From: Candidatus Krumholzibacteriia bacterium
Lineage (GTDB): Bacteria; Krumholzibacteriota; Krumholzibacteriia; Krumholzibacteriales; Krumholzibacteriaceae
Length of the DNA stretch: 53,332 nt
Direction: 5' to 3'
NCBI GenBank assembly: GCA_041648155.1
Contig: JBAZPL010000001.1
Span: forward strand, 1-53,332
Shown here piece after piece: positions 1 to 9,446 of this stretch. Position numbers and translations under genes: made by a program. The notes beneath the pieces were generated by a model that ran no database searches, had not been told where the DNA came from, and saw only the letters and a program-made list of their open reading frames with translations. Every line of letters begins with the position of its first letter. The stretch's first letter is position 1.

Positions 1-1415
1 GTCCAGAGCGTGTCCCCCCTTCTGAGGCGGAGACTTTCGTCGTAGTCGTCGCAGGCGTCGGGGTCGATCCTGTCCACCGGGCCCGCCACCGGCGTCTCCC
101 TGCCCCGGATCCCCGTTTGCGGCCGCCTGTCGACGTCATGCCATATGCCGCGATAGACGTACGCCGCCATCGCGGCGTTGTCGAGAAGGCCCGCGAGCCC
201 CTCGCCGCAAGCATAGGCGGCATGAATCTCGATCGCGGCGCCCGGCACGAGCTGGGAGAACGGGCCGAGACTCATCAGCACCTTGTAATCGTTCGGCTCG
301 ACCGTGTTCAAATCCATCGTCGTATCCGAGAGGGAGGAATAGCGCTCGAAGTCGTTCACCGGTTCTCCCCCGCGATCGAAGGGCAGAAGCCCGGTGAAAA
401 TCCTCACGCCGTTGAGCTGCCCCTTCACGGGAGCGAGATCCCAGGCCGTTTGCATCCAGCTCCCGAGAAACACGAGCCCGAAATAGCCCGGCGTCCTGTC
501 GCCGTCCCCGTCGGCGTCGTAGACATACACGACGCTGAATCGCACCGGCACGGATGCGTCGCCGACCCTCGCGCACCAGATCCCCTCCCAGGTGCCGATC
601 ATGTCGTCCCTGAAATAATTACCGAGGTTTCTCGGTCCCGCGTCGAGGTCGGCATATATGCCGGCGTAGATATTCTCCAGAATGTCGTTGCCGGTATTCG
701 TAACGCTGTAATGAACCCCGATGAAATTGTAAAGCTGCTTTTCGCTCCACTGGAAGGTCTCCTGCCGCACCTCGACCCCGAGCGGCGAATGCTCGGGCCA
801 GACTCGCTTCGCTGTCTCTTCGGTGTCGGAGTACCGGCACGAATACATGAGATTGCCGATCGCGGCGTAATCCTCGTCTATGAGTCCGTCGCCATCGTCG
901 TCGCGTCCGTTCAGCCGGTCCTCGTTCACGCGCCTGTCGCCGTCGTCGTCGGCGCGGCCCGGGTAATTCCCGCCCCCCTTCACCCCTTCCGCGCTGCGAT
1001 AGATGACGTCGATCGGACCGTCCGACGGATAGAGCTCGGTTTCGGGATATCCCGTCGAGACGGACGGGACGCCCGTTCGTTCCGCGCCGATCCAGATCCC
1101 CGCCGCGTAGAGATACTCGATCCCGCTCCCTGCGGGCCACTGCGCGGACGGAGAGTCGGACATGGGCATCCTGCTGTTCGGCATCGAGCCGAGGAATCCG
1201 AAATTGGTCACGTTCATCTGGAGATTGCCGGCATACTGGACGCGGCTCCCGTCGATGACAAGCGTCTTCGCGATCGGATCGAGCTTCCCGGGGAGCGCGG
1301 ATGCGCGGTCTTCGGTGCGCGCGGACGGAAAGGCGCCGGCCGCGAATGTGAGCGCCCCACCCGCAAGTGCGAGCGTGAGTATGATCGTCCGGATGTGCGG
1401 GAGAAAAAGCCGCAT
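1..1415 (-). CDS. Secreted hypothetical protein with Asp-rich (thrombospondin-type-3-like) Ca-binding motifs; 3' end runs off the window
   Basis: Not in the supplied ORF track because there is no stop inside the window. My translation from ATG 1415 reads MRLFLPHIRTIILTLALAGGALTFAAGAF (signal peptide) ... GRADDDGDRRVNEDRLNGRDDDGDGLIDEDY ... YDADGDGDRTPGYF. The frame stays open to position 1 (about 471 codons). The listed ORFs 117..1598(+) and 619..1425(-) are Arg/His-rich shadows of it. Confidence 0.6.
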   Translation of the reverse strand, partial: MRLFLPHIRTIILTLALAGGALTFAAGAFPSARTEDRASALPGKLDPIAKTLVIDGSRVQYAGNLQMNVTNFGFLGSMPNSRMPMSDSPSAQWPAGSGIEYLYAAGIWIGAERTGVPSVSTGYPETELYPSDGPIDVIYRSAEGVKGGGNYPGRADDDGDRRVNEDRLNGRDDDGDGLIDEDYAAIGNLMYSCRYSDTEETAKRVWPEHSPLGVEVRQETFQWSEKQLYNFIGVHYSVTNTGNDILENIYAGIYADLDAGPRNLGNYFRDDMIGTWEGIWCARVGDASVPVRFSVVYVYDADGDGDRTPGYFGLVFLGSWMQTAWDLAPVKGQLNGVRIFTGLLPFDRGGEPVNDFERYSSLSDTTMDLNTVEPNDYKVLMSLGPFSQLVPGAAIEIHAAYACGEGLAGLLDNAAMAAYVYRGIWHDVDRRPQTGIRGRETPVAGPVDRIDPDACDDYDESLRLRRGDTLW

Positions 1416-1526
1416 GCCGCGCCATGCCCCCCTATGGCATTGTATGAAGATTTTGGCGAGACCCTTTCGTGCCTGGTCGTATTGTGCTTAAAATATCGCG
1501 GTTTATATGGTGCGCCGCAATTCCAT

Positions 1527-1546
1527 AATGCGGCGGCGGCCGCATT
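1527..1546 (-). terminator. Weak hairpin directly after the methyltransferase stop codon
   Basis: AATGCGGC-cggc-GCCGCATT, an 8-bp stem and 4-nt loop that overlaps stop codon 1546-1548. No good U-tract follows. Confidence 0.3.
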
Positions 1547-2067
1547 CATCCGGGGACGCCATCGGCCTTCCGAAGGATGTAGTAGATCTCATTATTGAGG
1601 AATGTCCCGAGCCACGGTATCGGGCTGGTCTTGGTCCGCAGGATCACGAAATCCCGCTCCAGTCGTTTCCTGAAGGGACGATGATCGAACCCCATGTGCT
1701 GGAAATGCCAGGGCAGGCCCGGCCCCGAGTCGGCGATCGGTCGGTCCCGCACCGGGATGCCGAGAGACGCGCGCAAAACCGTGGAACATCGGGAGTCGTA
1801 AGCTCCGTACCGTCGCGTCATCCGGAACGCTCCCTTGAGGAGAGCCGGGATGAATATCTCGATCGGCACACCGATGACGGCAACGCCGTTTTCACTCAAT
1901 AATCCCTTTATCTGACCGATTGCGTTCTCGATTTCCGCGGGCGGGAAGTGTTCAAACACCTCGTTGCAGTACAGGAGGCCGCACTTCCCCTTCGGCAGCC
2001 GATCCACCGATGAAACGAACGCGATCCGCTTCGTGCCGGCGAGGTTCTCTTCGGCCTCCTTCGTCAT
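1546..2067 (-). CDS. Class I SAM-dependent methyltransferase; the ATG-defined part lacks motif I, and the frame is open upstream to 2319
   Basis: 173-aa ORF. The same frame continues upstream without a stop and encodes ...LSPEIVIDFGGGTGEFCKRLAERFPEADIFCYEPSPW before the ATG (the SAM-binding motif I). There is no ATG, GTG or TTG between 2068 and 2319. Confidence 0.6.
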   Translation of the reverse strand: MTKEAEENLAGTKRIAFVSSVDRLPKGKCGLLYCNEVFEHFPPAEIENAIGQIKGLLSENGVAVIGVPIEIFIPALLKGAFRMTRRYGAYDSRCSTVLRASLGIPVRDRPIADSGPGLPWHFQHMGFDHRPFRKRLERDFVILRTKTSPIPWLGTFLNNEIYYILRKADGVPG

Positions 2068-2358
2068 CCACGGGCTGGGTTCGTAGCAGAATATGTCCGC
2101 CTCCGGAAAACGCTCCGCGAGACGCTTGCAGAACTCGCCGGTGCCTCCTCCAAAGTCGATGACGATCTCGGGCGACAGTCGTTCGTCGAGGCACGCGAGC
2201 GCATCATGGAGGCGGCGGCGCTGCAGCAGCCGCTTGATTGCGTTTCTATCCTTGAGTGTGGCCTCTGCGTAACTCGTGCGACAACCCCCGCCGGAGCTTC
2301 CGCTTCCGGGCTTATCCCATTATTGGATAACGAGGCCCGCTCTTCAAGGGCAATAAGT

Positions 2359-3486
2359 TCAGCCCGCCCGCTTGTGGAACCTCATCGTCGCGAATCCGAA
2401 CACGCAGACGCCGATCACGAGGAGCGAGCGCAGCTCGGGCCAGAGAACGCCGAGCCCTCCACCCTTGAGGAAGATTTCGCGGTTGATCGCGACGAAGTAG
2501 CGGAGCGGGTTGATCGCGGTGATCGTTTGCACGACGCGGGGCATGTTCTCGATGGGGTAGAAGAGCCCGCTGAGCAGAATGAATATCTGAAGGAAGAACC
2601 ACGTGATGAACAGCGCCTGCTGCTGCGTGCCCGCCATGGTCGAGATGAGAACGCCGAGCCCGAGGGTCGCGAGGATGAAGGTGAGTCCGAGGAGCGCGAG
2701 CAGCGCGACGTTCCCGACGATCGGAATGCCGAACCAGAGGACGCCGACCGTCGTCGCGAGCGCCATCTCGGCCATCCCGAGCATGGCGAAGGGGATCGTC
2801 TTCCCGGCGATGATCTGCCACGGCTTGAGCGGCGTGACGAGAAGCTGCTCGAGGGTCCCCGTCTCCCGTTCCTTCACGATGGCGAGGCCCGTGAGCAGCA
2901 TCGTGATGATCGTGAGGAGGATCGCGATGATTCCCGGGATCATGAAATAGACGCTCTTGAGCTCGGGGTTGTACCAGATGCGCGTCTCGGGCTCGATGAA
3001 GCGCGGCGCGCGCGTGACCCTCGGCGAGCGGGATTGCCCGTCGGCCGCCCGGTCGCTCGCGAACCGGTATATGATCCTGTTGCAGTAGCCGAGCGCGATC
3101 CCGGCTGTGTTCGAATTCTGCCCGTCGAGGAGGATCTCCACCTCGGTCGGCTTCCCTGTCTCGAGACTCCGCCCGAAGTGTTTCGGGATGACGACCGCGA
3201 GCACCGCTTCGCCGCGCCGCAGGTATCCCTCGATCCCCTTTCCCGGGTCAGCTATCCGTTTCACGACGAAGTGCTCGTTGTGCGCGAAGCGATCGATAAG
3301 CCCCCTGCTCGCGCTCGTCGCGTCCCGGTCGATCATGAGCAGCGCCACGTTCTTGACGTCGAAGGTCACCGCGTAGCCGAGAACGAAGAGCTGCATGAGC
3401 GGCATCAGGAAGATGATCCGCAGCATGGTCGGATCCCGGAAGATCTGCCGGAGCTCCTTGCGCACGAGATGGAGAACACCCTTCAC
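2359..3486 (-). CDS. ABC-2 type transporter permease (YbhR/YbhS-like)
   Basis: 375 aa. N-terminus MKGVLHLVRKELRQIFRDPTMLRIIF, then a long periplasmic loop and 5 C-terminal TM helices, as is typical for ABC-2 permeases. The GTG start overlaps the upstream stop (GTGA). Confidence 0.85.
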   Translation of the reverse strand: MKGVLHLVRKELRQIFRDPTMLRIIFLMPLMQLFVLGYAVTFDVKNVALLMIDRDATSASRGLIDRFAHNEHFVVKRIADPGKGIEGYLRRGEAVLAVVIPKHFGRSLETGKPTEVEILLDGQNSNTAGIALGYCNRIIYRFASDRAADGQSRSPRVTRAPRFIEPETRIWYNPELKSVYFMIPGIIAILLTIITMLLTGLAIVKERETGTLEQLLVTPLKPWQIIAGKTIPFAMLGMAEMALATTVGVLWFGIPIVGNVALLALLGLTFILATLGLGVLISTMAGTQQQALFITWFFLQIFILLSGLFYPIENMPRVVQTITAINPLRYFVAINREIFLKGGGLGVLWPELRSLLVIGVCVFGFATMRFHKRAG

Positions 3487-4664
3487 GCGCGCCCTCCCTT
3501 CGCTCCGAGCTTCAGACTGAACCGTTTCACCGCGAGAATCATGAGGAGGAGGCCGATGCCGACGAGCGCCGCAACGTGCGGCCAGAGGTCCCCCAGGACG
3601 TTCCCCTTGAGCATGACCCCTCGCACGATGACGAGGAAATGCGTCGCCGGGAGTATGTTCGAAACGAACTGGAGCACCCGCGGCATCGAGGCGATCGGGA
3701 ATATGAAGCCCGAGAGCATGATGCTCGGGAGCAGCGTCACCATGAGCGAGAGCATCATGGCGACCTGCTGCGTCGAGACGAGCGTCGATATGAGGATCCC
3801 GAGCGCGAGAGCCGCGAAGAGATAGAGAAGACAGTAGAGCATGAGGGCAACGACGGAGCCCACGAAGGGAACTTTGAACCAGAAGTGCCCTACGGTCACG
3901 ACAATCATCGCGATGGAGAAGGCGAGCACGAGGTACGGGAGAGTCTTCCCCGCGATCACCTCGAACGGACGAATCGGGCTCACGAGGATCTGCTCCATCG
4001 TCCCCGTTTCCTTCTCGCGCGCGATCGTGACGGACGTGAGGAGCGCCCCGAGCATCATCATGACGATCGCCACGAGCCCCGGCACAATAAAGTTGGTCGA
4101 ATCGAGCGCGCGATTGTAGAAAACGACCGGCCTCGCGGCGATGAGCGGCGCGGCGCTTGCCCCCGACGCGCCGGCGGCCGGCCCAGTCCCCGCATCACCC
4201 CCAGCGGCCGCTCCGCCCCCGCCACCGATCGGACGCGTCGCGATGAACGTCTCGAGATAGTTCTGCACGATCGAGGCGCTGTTCGCGTCGCTGCCGTCGA
4301 TGACGAGCCCGACCGCGGCGCGGCGCTCGCGCTCGAGCGCTCTCGCGAAATCCCGCGGGATGATCACCCCCGCGCGGATGACGCGCCGCTCGAAGAACCC
4401 CCCCGTTTCCCCCGGATTCTCGTAACGGACGACGACGGAGAAGTAGCTCGAGGCGTCGATCGCCTCGACGAGCTCGCGGCTTTGGGGCGTGCGGCTCAGA
4501 TCGCAGACGCCGAGGCGGACGTCCTTCAGATCGAGATCGATCGCGTAGCCGAAGAGAAACATCATCACGATCGGCAGCATGAAGACGATCCAGAGCGATC
4601 GCGGGTCGCGGAGGATATGCTTGAATTCTTTCCGCGCGAGCGGCGGTATACGCGATCCTTTCAT
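3483..4664 (-). CDS. ABC-2 type transporter permease (YbhS/YbhR-like)
   Basis: 393 aa. ARKEFKHILRDPRSLWIVFMLPIVMMFLFGYAI followed by a C-terminal TM bundle. ATGA overlap with the upstream ATPase gene. Confidence 0.85.
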   Translation of the reverse strand: MKGSRIPPLARKEFKHILRDPRSLWIVFMLPIVMMFLFGYAIDLDLKDVRLGVCDLSRTPQSRELVEAIDASSYFSVVVRYENPGETGGFFERRVIRAGVIIPRDFARALERERRAAVGLVIDGSDANSASIVQNYLETFIATRPIGGGGGAAAGGDAGTGPAAGASGASAAPLIAARPVVFYNRALDSTNFIVPGLVAIVMMMLGALLTSVTIAREKETGTMEQILVSPIRPFEVIAGKTLPYLVLAFSIAMIVVTVGHFWFKVPFVGSVVALMLYCLLYLFAALALGILISTLVSTQQVAMMLSLMVTLLPSIMLSGFIFPIASMPRVLQFVSNILPATHFLVIVRGVMLKGNVLGDLWPHVAALVGIGLLLMILAVKRFSLKLGAKGGRA

Positions 4665-5395
4665 GCGCCCCTCACGAGCTGAATGAACACGTCCTCGATC
4701 GAATGCGCGCCGTGGCGCGCTTTGAGCTCGGCCGGCGAGCCGAGGCTCACGATCTTCGCCACGTGCATGACGCAGAGCCGGTTGCAGTACTCCGCCTCGT
4801 CCATGTAATGCGTCGTCACGATGATCGTCACGCCGTCCGCGGCGAGAGCGTTGATGAGCTCCCAGAAACGGCGCCGCGCGATCGGGTCGACCCCGGATGT
4901 CGGCTCGTCGAGGAAAACGATCGACGGCTTATGCAGGATCGCCGCGCCGAGCGCGAGCCGCTGCTTGAACCCGAGGGGGAGCGACGCGGTGCGCCGATCG
5001 AGCCATTCCGCGAGCCCCAGCGCCTCGTCCAGCTCGGCCGTCCGCGCCGCGACCTGCGCCCGCCCGAGCCCGTAGACCCCGCCGAAGAACTTCAGGTTCT
5101 CTTTCACGGTCAGATCGTTGTAGAGGGAGAATCTCTGGGACATGTAGCCGATGCTCTTCTTGATATTTTCAAACTGCGTGTTTATATCCCAGCCGCCGAC
5201 CGAGCCGCCGCCCGAAGAAGGCCGCAGCAGCCCCGCGAGCATCCGGATCGTCGTCGTCTTCCCCGCGCCGTTTGCGCCGAGGAGGCCGAATATCTCCCCC
5301 GCGCGGACCTCGAACGAGACGCGATCGACCGCCAGAAAATCGCCGAAGCTTTTCGCGAGGTCCTTCACGATGACGGAGTGTTCGTTCATGTTCAT
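4661..5395 (-). CDS. ABC transporter ATP-binding protein
   Basis: True start is MNMNEHSVIVKDL at 5395. Walker A GANGAGKTT, signature LPLGFKQR, Walker B IVFLDEPTSGVD. The 662-aa track ORF is an out-of-context N-terminal extension. Confidence 0.9.
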   Translation of the reverse strand: MNMNEHSVIVKDLAKSFGDFLAVDRVSFEVRAGEIFGLLGANGAGKTTTIRMLAGLLRPSSGGGSVGGWDINTQFENIKKSIGYMSQRFSLYNDLTVKENLKFFGGVYGLGRAQVAARTAELDEALGLAEWLDRRTASLPLGFKQRLALGAAILHKPSIVFLDEPTSGVDPIARRRFWELINALAADGVTIIVTTHYMDEAEYCNRLCVMHVAKIVSLGSPAELKARHGAHSIEDVFIQLVRGA

Positions 5396-6312
5396 TCCCG
5401 CATGAGAGAGACGAACGTATCTTCGACGCCGGGCGGTATCTCCCGGCTGTGCGACACGACGCCCTCGCGCCGCATCGTTTCGAGAAGGGCGCCGACCTCT
5501 CCCCGGCGCTCGCCGAGCGCAAGCACCTGAACGGCGTCGCCGAGGATTCTCACGAGCTCGGGCTCGGCCGCATTCCTGAGCCGCGCCGAGATGGCCCGAA
5601 GGTCCGGTCCTTCGACCGCGAACACCGTTCCGCGGAAGAGCCCCGCGATCTCGCCGACAGTTCCCGAAGCGAGGATTGTTCCCTTGTGAATGAACACCAT
5701 GTGCCCGCAGAGCGAGGCCTCGTTCATATACGGCGTCGAGACGACGATCGTCACGCCCTGCGCGCGAAGCCTCTCGAGCATATCCCAGAAATCGCGGCGC
5801 GACATGGGGTCGACTCCCGTCGTCGGCTCGTCGAGAACGAGAACCTTCGGTGTATGAATGAGCGCGCATGCAAGGGCGAGCTTCTGCTTCATCCCGCCCG
5901 AGAGCGCCCCCGCGCGCCGATTCACGAAGGGGCCGAGACGGCTGAATTCGAGGAGCTCTTCGGTCCTCGCGAGGCGCGCCGCCTTCGGAACTCCGAAGAG
6001 ATCCGCGAAGAATCTGATATTCTCGGCGACGGTGAGGTCCCAATAGAGGGAGAAATGCTGCGGCATGTAGCCGATCGTCTCGCGCACCTGCGCCGCCCCG
6101 GAGCGCAACGGAAAGCCGAGCACCCAGGCCTCTCCCTCGTCGGCATCGATGAGGGACGTGAGGATGCGCATGAGCGTCGTCTTGCCCGCGCCGTCGGGCC
6201 CGATGAGCCCGAACATCTCGCCGGGCTCGACGGCGAAGCTCACCGAGGAGAGCGCGACCGTCCCGCCGTGGCTTTTCGTGATGCCTTCGACCCGAATGGC
6301 GGGGTCGCTCAT
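5392..6312 (-). CDS. ABC transporter ATP-binding protein (second ATPase; together equivalent to fused E. coli YbhF)
   Basis: True start is MSDPAIRVEGITK at 6312, with an ATGA overlap onto the HlyD-family stop. Walker A GPDGAGKTT, signature LSGGMKQK, Walker B LVLDEPTTGVD. Confidence 0.9.
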   Translation of the reverse strand: MSDPAIRVEGITKSHGGTVALSSVSFAVEPGEMFGLIGPDGAGKTTLMRILTSLIDADEGEAWVLGFPLRSGAAQVRETIGYMPQHFSLYWDLTVAENIRFFADLFGVPKAARLARTEELLEFSRLGPFVNRRAGALSGGMKQKLALACALIHTPKVLVLDEPTTGVDPMSRRDFWDMLERLRAQGVTIVVSTPYMNEASLCGHMVFIHKGTILASGTVGEIAGLFRGTVFAVEGPDLRAISARLRNAAEPELVRILGDAVQVLALGERRGEVGALLETMRREGVVSHSREIPPGVEDTFVSLMRE

Positions 6313-7226
6313 TTGAGGTGCACCTCGGCGGGCATTCCGATCTTGAGCACGCCGGAGGGATTCTCGATCGAGACTTTGACCGCGTAGACAAGTTCCGCGC
6401 GCGCGTCCTTCGTCTCGACGTTCTTCGGCGTGAATTCCGCTTGGGGGGAGACCCACGAGACTTTCCCCGCGAGAGGCTCCGGATGAGCGTCGACGCGCAC
6501 CTCGGCGGCGCTCCCGACCGCGAAGAGCCCGAGGTCTCTTTCAGACACATATACCTTGATCCAGAACCTCCGCGTATCGGCGATCTTGAAAACGGCGCCC
6601 CCGGCCGGCACGACCTCCCCGGACTCGACGTATTTTTCCGTGACGACACCCGCGAGCGGAGCGATCACGGCGCCGTCCCTGATCTGCCTGTCGAGAAGAG
6701 CGATCGAGGCGCGCACCGTTTCCTCGCGGGCGTCGAGCATTGCGCTCTGCGCCTTCGCCGATTCGAGCTGGCTCTGGGCCACGCGGTATTTCGTGGAGGC
6801 GTCGTCGTTCTGCTGCTGCGTGGCCGTGCCCTGTTCGAAGAGCGCGGTGATCCGCTTGTGGCTTTTCTCTATGTTCTCGAGATTGTCTTTTGCCTGCCGC
6901 ACCGTTTCGGCGACAGGTCTGCGGTTCGCCCGTATCTCATCGACGCTCGCGAGGAGCTGCCGGCGCTGGAGCATGAGCTTCTCGACGTCGATCACCGCGA
7001 GCGTATCGCCGGCCGCGACGGCGTCTCCTTCGTCCTTCGCGAGCCGGAGAATCTGCCCGGCCGTCTGCGCCGCGACCGTGACCTCGGTCGCTTCGAGCGT
7101 CCCCGAGCCGGCGAAGCCGGCTTGCTTCTCCCCGCCGCAGCCGGAGAGCGCCGCGCACACAAGAGCCCCGCACGCGGCAACGAGAAGCACGGCCGCGATG
7201 CGCCGGCCAAAGCTCGTGAGATTCAT
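6309..7226 (-). CDS. HlyD-family membrane fusion / periplasmic adaptor lipoprotein (YbhG-like)
   Basis: 305 aa. Lipobox AALSGC, a coiled-coil middle section and a beta-barrel C-terminus (VYVSERDLGLF...GMPAEV). Confidence 0.85.
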   Translation of the reverse strand: MNLTSFGRRIAAVLLVAACGALVCAALSGCGGEKQAGFAGSGTLEATEVTVAAQTAGQILRLAKDEGDAVAAGDTLAVIDVEKLMLQRRQLLASVDEIRANRRPVAETVRQAKDNLENIEKSHKRITALFEQGTATQQQNDDASTKYRVAQSQLESAKAQSAMLDAREETVRASIALLDRQIRDGAVIAPLAGVVTEKYVESGEVVPAGGAVFKIADTRRFWIKVYVSERDLGLFAVGSAAEVRVDAHPEPLAGKVSWVSPQAEFTPKNVETKDARAELVYAVKVSIENPSGVLKIGMPAEVHLK

Positions 7227-7434
7227 CAGTCCCGCTCCTTGTCGTTTTTCATGTTCCTAACTTTTCACTCGGGCCTCGAGCTGAAGCTCCGATGTTTTCG
7301 CCTTCTGCCGCATGCGCGAATAATAGCGCACTCCCCACGCTGCAAGAAAACAATTCTCTTGGTCCTGCGCCCGCCATTGCCCGCCATTATTGCGGCTTCC
7401 TGCCATACCTCGCCTGTGTTAGAATCGAAGGCGT

Positions 7435-9198
7435 ATGAAGAACAGGGAAATCGCCGACCTCTTCAACGAAATCGCCGACATTCTTGAGCTTCGCGCCGAG
7501 AATGTTTTCCGCGTGAACGCCTACCGGCGCGCCGCGCAGAATATCGACGGGCTCTCGCGCCCGATCGAGGACCTCGCCGGGGATGGAGCGCTCCTTGAGC
7601 TTCCCGGCATCGGCAAGGATCTCGCGGCGAGGATCGCCGAGTACCTCGAGAGCGGCGAGATCGACTATCTGAACGAGCTCCGCAAGGAAACGCCCCAGGT
7701 CCTCCTCGACATGCTCCGCATCCCCGGCATCGGGCCGAAGACCGCCGTGCGCCTGCAGGCCGAGCTCGGGATCAACTCGCTCGAAGAGCTGAAACACGCC
7801 GCGCTCGAGCATCGAATTCAAGAGCTCCCCAAGATGAAGGCCAAGACAGAAGAGAATATTCTCAAAGGGCTCGAGTTCCTGAGCCGCGCCAGCGCGCGCA
7901 CGCCGATCGGCATCGCCCTTCCTCTCGCGCAGCGGATCGTCGCCGCTCTCGAAGAGCTTCCCGAGGTGCGGAAGATTTCCGTCGCCGGGAGCCTTCGCCG
8001 CTTTCGCGAGACGGTGGGCGATATCGACATCCTCGTGACGTCGCGCTCCCCCGAAAGGGTCATCGCGCATTTCACGCATCTCGACGAGGCCGCACGGATT
8101 CTCGCGGAAGGCTCCACGAAGGGCAGCATCGTCACGAAGGACAAGATCCAGGCCGACCTCCGCGTCGTCGAAGAGGCTTCATACGGCTCGGCGCTCAATT
8201 ATTTCACCGGCTCCAAGGAACACAACATCAGGCTCCGCGAGATCGCCATTCAAAAGGGAATGAAGCTGAGCGAGTACGGCGTCTTCAAGACGGCCGGCAG
8301 CGCGAAGAGAAGGCGAAAGGCCGGAGAAGACATGCCGAAAGAGATCCGCGTCGCGGGGAAGACAGAGGAGGGCGTGTATCGGGCGCTCGGCCTCCCCTAT
8401 ATTCCGCCGGAGATCCGCGAGGACTCCGGAGAGATCGAGGCCGCCCGGGCGGGAGCTCTCCCGGCGCTCGTCGAGCTCGAAGACATCAGAGGCGATCTCC
8501 ATTGCCATTCGAACTACAGCGACGGCGTCGCCACACTCCAGGAGGTTGCCGCCGCAGGAAGAAAGAAAGGCTACGCCTACATCCTCGTCACCGATCATTC
8601 GCAAAGTCTCCATATCGCAAACGGGCTTTCGCCGGAGCACCTTCGCAAGCAGCTCGCCGAGATCGATGCGATCAACGCGAGACTTAAGGGCTTCAAGCTT
8701 CTCAAGGGGAGCGAGGTCGATATACTCCCCGACGGCTCGCTCGATATGGACGAGGCTCTGCTCGCGCGCCTCGACGTCGTCTATGTCGCGATTCATTCGA
8801 AATTCAAAATGAGCCGCGACGCCATGACGAAGCGCGTCATCCGCGCGCTGGAGAATCCATACGCAAACGTCCTCGCGCATCCGACGGGGCGCCTCATCGG
8901 CATACGCGACGCATTCGAGATCGACATGCACGAGGTCATCGGCGCCGCCGCGCGAACGGGCACGGCGATAGAGATCAACGCCCATCCCGCGCGCCTCGAT
9001 CTCGATGCGGCGAATTGCCGTGCGGCGGCTGCCGCGGGCGTCATGATCAGCATCGGAACGGATACTCACGTTCTCTCCGAGCTCGACTACATGCTCTACG
9101 GCATCGGCACCGCCCGCCGCGGATGGCTCACAAAGACGAACATCCTCAATACGAGGTCCGCCCGAGAGCTCCTTTCGCTGCTGCGGAAAAAACGCTGA
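7435..9198 (+). CDS. polX: DNA polymerase X family protein with C-terminal PHP phosphoesterase domain
   Basis: 587 aa. N-terminus NREIADLFNEIADILELRAENVFRVNAYRRAA, HhH LPGIGKDLA / IPGIGPKTA, catalytic GSLRRFRETVGDIDILV, PHP motif GDLHCHSNYSDG. Confidence 0.9.
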   Translation: MKNREIADLFNEIADILELRAENVFRVNAYRRAAQNIDGLSRPIEDLAGDGALLELPGIGKDLAARIAEYLESGEIDYLNELRKETPQVLLDMLRIPGIGPKTAVRLQAELGINSLEELKHAALEHRIQELPKMKAKTEENILKGLEFLSRASARTPIGIALPLAQRIVAALEELPEVRKISVAGSLRRFRETVGDIDILVTSRSPERVIAHFTHLDEAARILAEGSTKGSIVTKDKIQADLRVVEEASYGSALNYFTGSKEHNIRLREIAIQKGMKLSEYGVFKTAGSAKRRRKAGEDMPKEIRVAGKTEEGVYRALGLPYIPPEIREDSGEIEAARAGALPALVELEDIRGDLHCHSNYSDGVATLQEVAAAGRKKGYAYILVTDHSQSLHIANGLSPEHLRKQLAEIDAINARLKGFKLLKGSEVDILPDGSLDMDEALLARLDVVYVAIHSKFKMSRDAMTKRVIRALENPYANVLAHPTGRLIGIRDAFEIDMHEVIGAAARTGTAIEINAHPARLDLDAANCRAAAAAGVMISIGTDTHVLSELDYMLYGIGTARRGWLTKTNILNTRSARELLSLLRKKR

Positions 9199-9431
9199 GG
9201 AGCGCCAGCACCCCGTCGCTCACCAAGAGTGCCCCGTCATCGCCCCCCAACCCAGCTGTCATTTCGCCATATATTTTCAGCCAATTCTTGACTGCCATTA
9301 TGACATATGTTACGCCCAATTTTCTCACTGGTGGCGCATTCTGTCAGAGCTTGTGCCCCTTCATCTCGCTCATATTTTCCGTATGCTTTATAACGCATTA
9401 TATAACTGCCGGTTAAGCGCGCGGCTTGTTT

Positions 9432-9446
9432 TGGCATGCGTCCTGC
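9432..9446 (+). promoter_or_regulatory. Candidate sigma54 (-24/-12) promoter upstream of hsp20
   Basis: TGGCATgcgtcCTGC has the GG-N10-GC spacing of the TGGCAC-N5-TTGC consensus. It lies about 70 nt upstream of ATG 9517. Confidence 0.35.

Noticed and set aside
4661-6649. 662-aa ORF suggesting one giant ABC protein
   Set aside because: Only the last 244 aa (from MNMNEHSV at 5395) look like protein. The N-terminal 418 aa are Arg/Ser/Pro junk that overlaps the second ATPase gene, which is read in another frame.
7313-7330. Palindrome TGCGC-N8-GCGCA in the divergent HlyD/polX promoter region, considered as a TetR-type operator (E. coli ybhG is TetR-regulated)
   Set aside because: The arms are only 5 bp, no regulator gene is adjacent, and such GC palindromes are frequent here.
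7417-7425. Extended -10 (TGtTAGAAT) only 10 nt before the polX ATG, implying a leaderless mRNA
   Set aside because: There is a GAAGG SD-like sequence between it and the ATG, and no credible -35. The two readings conflict, and sequence alone cannot decide between them.
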